From Promethearchaeota archaeon (GTDB taxonomy: Archaea; Asgardarchaeota; Heimdallarchaeia; Hodarchaeales; Hodarchaeaceae): a stretch of 64,000 nt of DNA. Of this stretch, positions 59,151 through 64,000 are shown piece by piece. How positions within the stretch are numbered: position 1 is the first letter of the stretch; every line of letters starts with the position of its first letter. The position numbers were made by a program, and so were the translations under genes. The notes below the pieces were generated by a model. It did no database searches, was not told the DNA's origin, and was given only the letters and a program-made list of their open reading frames with translations. The stretch is from positions 192,001-256,000 of the forward strand of contig JBHLMN010000007.1 of the NCBI GenBank assembly GCA_048938105.1, given 5' to 3'.

Positions 59151-60977
59151 GTGAACATCATGGATCTCTTTGATAAAATTAAATTGATTATTGAAACACA
59201 AGGATATATTCCCTTTGATATCAGCAATATTAACCAAATGGCTACAGGAAACTTCCTAACTCCAACTAATGCCCTAATATTACACTTAACATCATTAACA
59301 AAACCAAATGATCATTCTCCGATTCTTCCAGAAAACGCTTTTACTATTGACGCAAAATTCTCGCCTGATGACTCATGGTTGGCTATTCCTATTGATTATT
59401 CTGGGAAAGAAGATAGTTTTCTCTATCGATTACCAACAAAGAATGAAGATAGAATGCGACCATTAGAACAACTAAGTAAATCGTCAGGGAGGCATTTATG
59501 GGTAAACTGGAGTCCAGATGGAGAAAAATTAGTGTGGAGCTATTCTCAAAAAGAAAAGAATGTAATAAGTATTCTTTCTAATATTCCTGATTCAGATGAA
59601 AATATTGTGTGGAAGGGCGAAAAGATGCCTTTAATCGGTCATTGGAAGCATAAAGATCTAATAAAATTTACTAGCGTCTTGTCCAGATCAAATGAATATA
59701 CTGAAGTTGTTATCAATGTTAATACAAAGGAAATTGTGTTGACCCTTCCAATAGCAAGTTCATTAACTTTTTTTGGTTTATGGCATCCCACACAACACAT
59801 CTTCCCTTATCTCACTAAAGATGAAAGTAAATTAGCTCTCTATAATATTGATACAGCAGAGAAAATGATTCTTCCAACGCCAGAAGGAGAAATTGAAAAG
59901 GCTGAATGGAGTAGTAACGGCGAAACACTTTATGTAGCTGCAACAAAGGATGCTCGTGATAAGATATACTCTATTGACATACAATCTCATGAATTGAAAA
60001 CTCTTTCAATTCCTGAGGGTATAAACAAACTTTTAAAAATAGCAGAAGTCAATAATGAAGATATAATCTACTTTATTCACGCGGATGCTACTACAAGGCT
60101 TAATCTATGGATGTTCAATCCTAATACAGAGGAATATCAACAACTTACGAAGAAAAGGTCTCCTATAATAGGGACACAGGATTTTCCTTTAGTACCATCA
60201 TTGTCTGAACGTTGGCAGTCTTTTGACGGTTTAGAAATTCATGGCTTTGTCATGGTACCTTCTTCCCCTCCACCAAAAGATGGTTATCCAGCCGTTGTAT
60301 ATGTCCATGGCGGCCCAATGGCACAAGATACCGATTCTTTTGTTGGGACATATCAAATCTTAACGCAAGAAGGATTTGTTGTCTTTCGTCCTAACTTTCG
60401 GGGATCTACAGGCTATGGTGAGGCATTTATGAGAGCCAATTTCAGAGAAATCGGGAAAGCAGATCTACTTGATATTACAACAGGTGTGCAAATGTTAATT
60501 GAAAAGCACAAAGTAAACCCCAAAAAGGTGATAATAACTGGTGGATCTTATGGGGGTTATATGACTTTACGAGCAATGACTAAACCTGACGTGTTTGAAT
60601 TTGTTGCAGGTTGGGCTGAAGCCGCGATTTCTGATTGGGAATATATGTACGATGAAGCAGCAGATGAATTATTCAAACAATTTGTAGTATTATTATTTGG
60701 TCCAATGGAAAATGACGAGAGTAGAACCTTTCTGAAAAAGTCATCTCCTATCCACGATTGGAAAAAGATTAATAAACCACTAGGAGTAGTCCAATTTGCA
60801 AATGATACTAGAACTCCGTTAAAACCAGTCTGGGATTTCGTAAATAACTTATATGAACGAGGAGACAACATAGAATTACATGTGAGGCCAGCAATGGGGC
60901 ATGCAAACCTACCCAAAGGATATATCGTTCGTTCAATTGCAAGGTCAATTCAATTCTTTGAAAGAGTGGTTGAATAA
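59151..60977 (+). CDS. S9-family (acylaminoacyl/prolyl oligo-) peptidase
   Basis: Beta-propeller-like N-terminus; VHGGP, PNFRGSTGYG, GGSYGG, ND.RTP, GH. Confidence 0.92.
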   Translation: MNIMDLFDKIKLIIETQGYIPFDISNINQMATGNFLTPTNALILHLTSLTKPNDHSPILPENAFTIDAKFSPDDSWLAIPIDYSGKEDSFLYRLPTKNEDRMRPLEQLSKSSGRHLWVNWSPDGEKLVWSYSQKEKNVISILSNIPDSDENIVWKGEKMPLIGHWKHKDLIKFTSVLSRSNEYTEVVINVNTKEIVLTLPIASSLTFFGLWHPTQHIFPYLTKDESKLALYNIDTAEKMILPTPEGEIEKAEWSSNGETLYVAATKDARDKIYSIDIQSHELKTLSIPEGINKLLKIAEVNNEDIIYFIHADATTRLNLWMFNPNTEEYQQLTKKRSPIIGTQDFPLVPSLSERWQSFDGLEIHGFVMVPSSPPPKDGYPAVVYVHGGPMAQDTDSFVGTYQILTQEGFVVFRPNFRGSTGYGEAFMRANFREIGKADLLDITTGVQMLIEKHKVNPKKVIITGGSYGGYMTLRAMTKPDVFEFVAGWAEAAISDWEYMYDEAADELFKQFVVLLFGPMENDESRTFLKKSSPIHDWKKINKPLGVVQFANDTRTPLKPVWDFVNNLYERGDNIELHVRPAMGHANLPKGYIVRSIARSIQFFERVVE

Positions 60978-61050
60978 AGAGCTCTCCTTTTCCTCCTTAT
61001 TTCTGCTTCTATCGTTGAAATACGTCTTTAAAATTCTATTATTCTATTTC

Positions 61051-62850
61051 TTATCCCTCTTCATACTCAGAAAGAATTTTCTTTGCTTCTTTTAAATAAA
61101 TTCGAAATTCATCAATTTTCATCAATTCATCAATTGATTTAGTAGGAATATCACTCAATCGTTGATAAATCATTTTAACAACAAGATTTTCTAGTTGTGC
61201 CAATTCAATCCTACGAGATAATGAAACATTCTTATCTATATACTCCTCCCATTTTTTCAACTGAGAAAAAAAGGAATAATGTTCAAAGCTGATAGAATCT
61301 GCTAATGTTTTCAGGCCTTTTTCCTCGGTTATAGCTTGAGCCTTAAATAGTAACTTCTGTGCTTGTTGAATATCAAATTTTAATAGGGCAAGCTTCGATT
61401 GCAACCAATAAGACTGAGCTAATAGTGAATGAGAATTTTGATCGCTAGCGATCTTAAGTAATCGAGAACAATAGTGATCTAATTCATTAAGAATCGATTC
61501 ATTACCAGTAATCTTCAATTCATAAATAAGTAATTCACTCAAATTAATGATTGCTTCAACTGTAATATTATAAGCAATCTGAGGTTCATTAACAATTTTT
61601 TGAAATAAACATAATGCTTCCATTTTATCTGCTAATCTTTCACTTGTTTTTAGGAGAAGAGCCCTACTTGTTCGGTATATTAAATTATGCCAAATATTAT
61701 TGACTTCCTCCTTCAGCTTTTCTAATTCTTTTATGAGAGGGATGGCTTCAATAGGAGAAAGATGATAGGTATAAAGGCGAATTAAATTGTATAATCCTTC
61801 AGCTAAATAAAAAGTAGCCTCTTTTTCCTTCGCTATTTTTAAGGCTTTTTTATAAGATTGTAATGAGGGTTGAAACTCTCCCCGATCCTGTAACAATCTT
61901 CCGAGGTCATAATACCCTAGAATTATGTTTACAGTATACTCAATTGCTTTTGAGAGGGTAAGAGATTTAACAATAAAGCTCTCTGCTAATTCTAGCTCTC
62001 CTTGAAAATAGTAAATTTCCCCTAAATGAAGTAAATTATGAGCGATATCACATTTATTCTTGATGCTTTCTGATAAAGCAAGGGCTTGCTCTGTATAAAC
62101 TAATGCTTGGTTAAATTCCCCTTTTAACAAATAGATATTCCCTATTGCACGATATGCTTGGGAAATAAGATATTTATTTGCAATTCTTTCTCCATAATTC
62201 AAACTCTCCTTGAAAAAATTTAATGCGGAATTGTGGTCTCCCTTATAATAATAATAATATCCCAGCCCAAATAATGACTCACTAATACCCATTTTATCAT
62301 TTATTTCTTCTCTAACCGACAAACTTTCCTGAATTAATGGTAGCTGTTTATCTAAATTGATATTTGGGTCATATGAGATTGCTTTTAAATAAAGAAGTGC
62401 TGCTTTCTTACTTTTATAGTCTTTTGATTCTTCATCTAATATCTGATTGAAAAAGGCTTCTCCCTCATTAATAAGTCTCTTAGTTTCCTTTCTTGTTTCA
62501 ACCATTAAAGAGATCCTGAGTAAAATGCAGATGGCATCTAATCCAAACATAACTTCTTGAGATTTCTTACTTTGATCAAGTAATTGAAGTGACGTCTCCT
62601 TAGCTTTACCTAATTCTCCAAGATTATAATAGCAGATACTGATACATTTTAACACTTCTGATTGAGTTTTTTCATCTAGTGGCTCAACTATAGGAAGGTT
62701 CTTTAATGCTTCCTCATAATTCTCCTGATTGATCAAAAGCTCTGCTTTACTTAGATTTAAATCCAGTTCAATCCACTCTAATACTTGAATTGAGCTTTTC
62801 AAACTGTAAGTTTTAGTTTTAGAACTCATTTCAAAGAATTTTAAAAACAA
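61051..62850 (-). CDS. Tetratricopeptide-repeat protein
   Basis: Tandem TPRs (SLFGLGYYYYYKGD, AIGNIYLLKGE, HLGEIYYFQGE, DLGRLLQDRGE). Confidence 0.88.
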   Translation of the reverse strand: MFLKFFEMSSKTKTYSLKSSIQVLEWIELDLNLSKAELLINQENYEEALKNLPIVEPLDEKTQSEVLKCISICYYNLGELGKAKETSLQLLDQSKKSQEVMFGLDAICILLRISLMVETRKETKRLINEGEAFFNQILDEESKDYKSKKAALLYLKAISYDPNINLDKQLPLIQESLSVREEINDKMGISESLFGLGYYYYYKGDHNSALNFFKESLNYGERIANKYLISQAYRAIGNIYLLKGEFNQALVYTEQALALSESIKNKCDIAHNLLHLGEIYYFQGELELAESFIVKSLTLSKAIEYTVNIILGYYDLGRLLQDRGEFQPSLQSYKKALKIAKEKEATFYLAEGLYNLIRLYTYHLSPIEAIPLIKELEKLKEEVNNIWHNLIYRTSRALLLKTSERLADKMEALCLFQKIVNEPQIAYNITVEAIINLSELLIYELKITGNESILNELDHYCSRLLKIASDQNSHSLLAQSYWLQSKLALLKFDIQQAQKLLFKAQAITEEKGLKTLADSISFEHYSFFSQLKKWEEYIDKNVSLSRRIELAQLENLVVKMIYQRLSDIPTKSIDELMKIDEFRIYLKEAKKILSEYEEG

Positions 62851-63023
62851 TTATGGCTACAATCGCTTCAGATTTATACTCGTAACATGATTTATTACTA
62901 CAATTTTTGCAAAGAATATTTTAATCCAATAGAGCTATGTAATAGTAAGGTATTCATACGAGCTAATAATAGTACTCTGTGAAAAAATTTATTTACATTT
63001 GGAAGCAGCATTCCTGTTAAACA

Positions 63024-63623
63024 ATGTCACTTGATAATTATTTTCATCTATTTGAGGCTTTAAGCAGTGAACGGAGAAGAGAATTATTTGAGTTCATATC
63101 AAAGTATAATTTTGTATCAAAAAATGATTTGGCAATTAAGTTTAATATGAAGCGAGCTTCATTAAATCACCATTTGGATAGTTTAATTAAAGCAGGATTG
63201 ATCAATGAAGTATCATTGATTCTAGATGGGAGGAACCATACATTCATAATTCCTATGGCAAATATTTTTCCAGAACGGATAAAAGAAGACAAAGAGGATA
63301 CTCAGACATTATTAAAACAATTAAGAATCTGGACAAATCGAAATTTAACCTTAGATACTTGGAATATCTTACGTGAAAGTTTAAACAATTTGGATATTTC
63401 TGAAGAGCTTCTCAATTCAGTAGAATTTCGATTATTTCCTTTAATTGGCACAAGAATCTCTACTGAAACTAATTATTGTTTTATCTGCAGAGCTAATAAG
63501 GCCCAAATGGCATGTTTTGCCTGTAAAAATCTTATATGTAAAGTCCATAGTTACAATATTGACCGCGAAGAGCTTGGCACTATATCTCTGTGCCCAAATT
63601 GTGTGAAAAAATTCTTTGGATAA
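63024..63623 (+). CDS. ArsR-like wHTH regulator with C-terminal Cys/His zinc finger
   Basis: FEALSSERRRELF...ASLNHHLDSLIKAGLI; C-x2-C-x8-C-x2-C-x4-C-x2-H-x14-C-x2-C. Confidence 0.78.
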   Translation: MSLDNYFHLFEALSSERRRELFEFISKYNFVSKNDLAIKFNMKRASLNHHLDSLIKAGLINEVSLILDGRNHTFIIPMANIFPERIKEDKEDTQTLLKQLRIWTNRNLTLDTWNILRESLNNLDISEELLNSVEFRLFPLIGTRISTETNYCFICRANKAQMACFACKNLICKVHSYNIDREELGTISLCPNCVKKFFG

Positions 63624-63638
63624 AGAGAGAGGGAGAGG

Positions 63639-64000
63639 TTAACCAATGATTCGGCTTACTGTCTCCTCAGATATTGATGTACGAAACAGAGATCGGAGAG
63701 AAATATAGGCAGCTAAGATTATCCCAAAAAAAACGTTTAATACTGATAAACCAGTATTAAATAGAGTGATATCCATAATGAGCACCACTCCAAATTCCGC
63801 TGCCCAGTCAAAGATGAAATTTGCTATAGCAGAACCTGTGAAAAATCCAATGAATATCCCAATTAAGCTAGTTAAGACTAACTCCAGCAATACTGTGCTG
63901 AAAATCTCTTGATTAGAAACACCAAGAGCTCGGAAGTTCACAAAGTCATGCTTTCTTTCCGAAATAGATATTGATATAACGGATACAGCAATACTGACTC
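63639..64000 (-). CDS. FtsX-like ABC permease, C-terminal part (truncated by window)
   Basis: Frame open to the window edge: SISERKHDFVNFRALGVS...LLE...GIFIG. Confidence 0.8.
   Translation of the reverse strand, partial: VSIAVSVISISISERKHDFVNFRALGVSNQEIFSTVLLELVLTSLIGIFIGFFTGSAIANFIFDWAAEFGVVLIMDITLFNTGLSVLNVFFGIILAAYISLRSLFRTSISEETVSRIIG

Noticed and set aside
1-64000. Genome-wide reassignment of TGA to a sense codon
   Set aside because: TGA ends glnS at about the expected position and forms ATGA/GTGA stop-start overlaps (18266-18269, 51709-51712, 53216-53219), so it functions as a stop.
1-64000. CRISPR array, rRNA, IS/transposase
   Set aside because: No regularly spaced repeats, rRNA-like segments or transposase motifs were seen.

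Overview
AT-rich archaeal chromosomal window, most likely from an Asgard archaeon (Heimdallarchaeia/Hodarchaeales-like). Evidence: archaeal-type tRNAs with A1:U72, apgM, TrmB/Lrp regulators, GGTGA-type SD sites, a stand-alone gelsolin-domain protein and CTERM-anchored surface proteins. The window holds about 65 mostly metabolic, regulatory and transport genes (peptidases, OPT and ABC transporters, a 2-oxoacid:ferredoxin oxidoreductase operon, anSME plus sulfatase, many methyltransferases). No CRISPR, rRNA, integrase or transposase was seen. Highlights: (1) an orphan T6SS-type Hcp tube protein with an N-terminal signal/membrane anchor, paired with a Thr/Ser-stalked, CTERM-anchored surface protein and bracketed by two convergent paralogous methyltransferases; (2) the 3' end of a glutaminyl-tRNA synthetase (classically absent from archaea) next to both tRNA-Gln genes, which combine archaeal A1:U72 with G73/A37, one carrying a D-loop insertion/intron; (3) two genes each interrupted by a single in-frame TGA; (4) a pair of paralogous multi-TM proteins around an Lrp regulator; (5) twin operator palindromes and a ~100-nt intergenic hairpin. 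All family assignments are by motif recognition without database searches.
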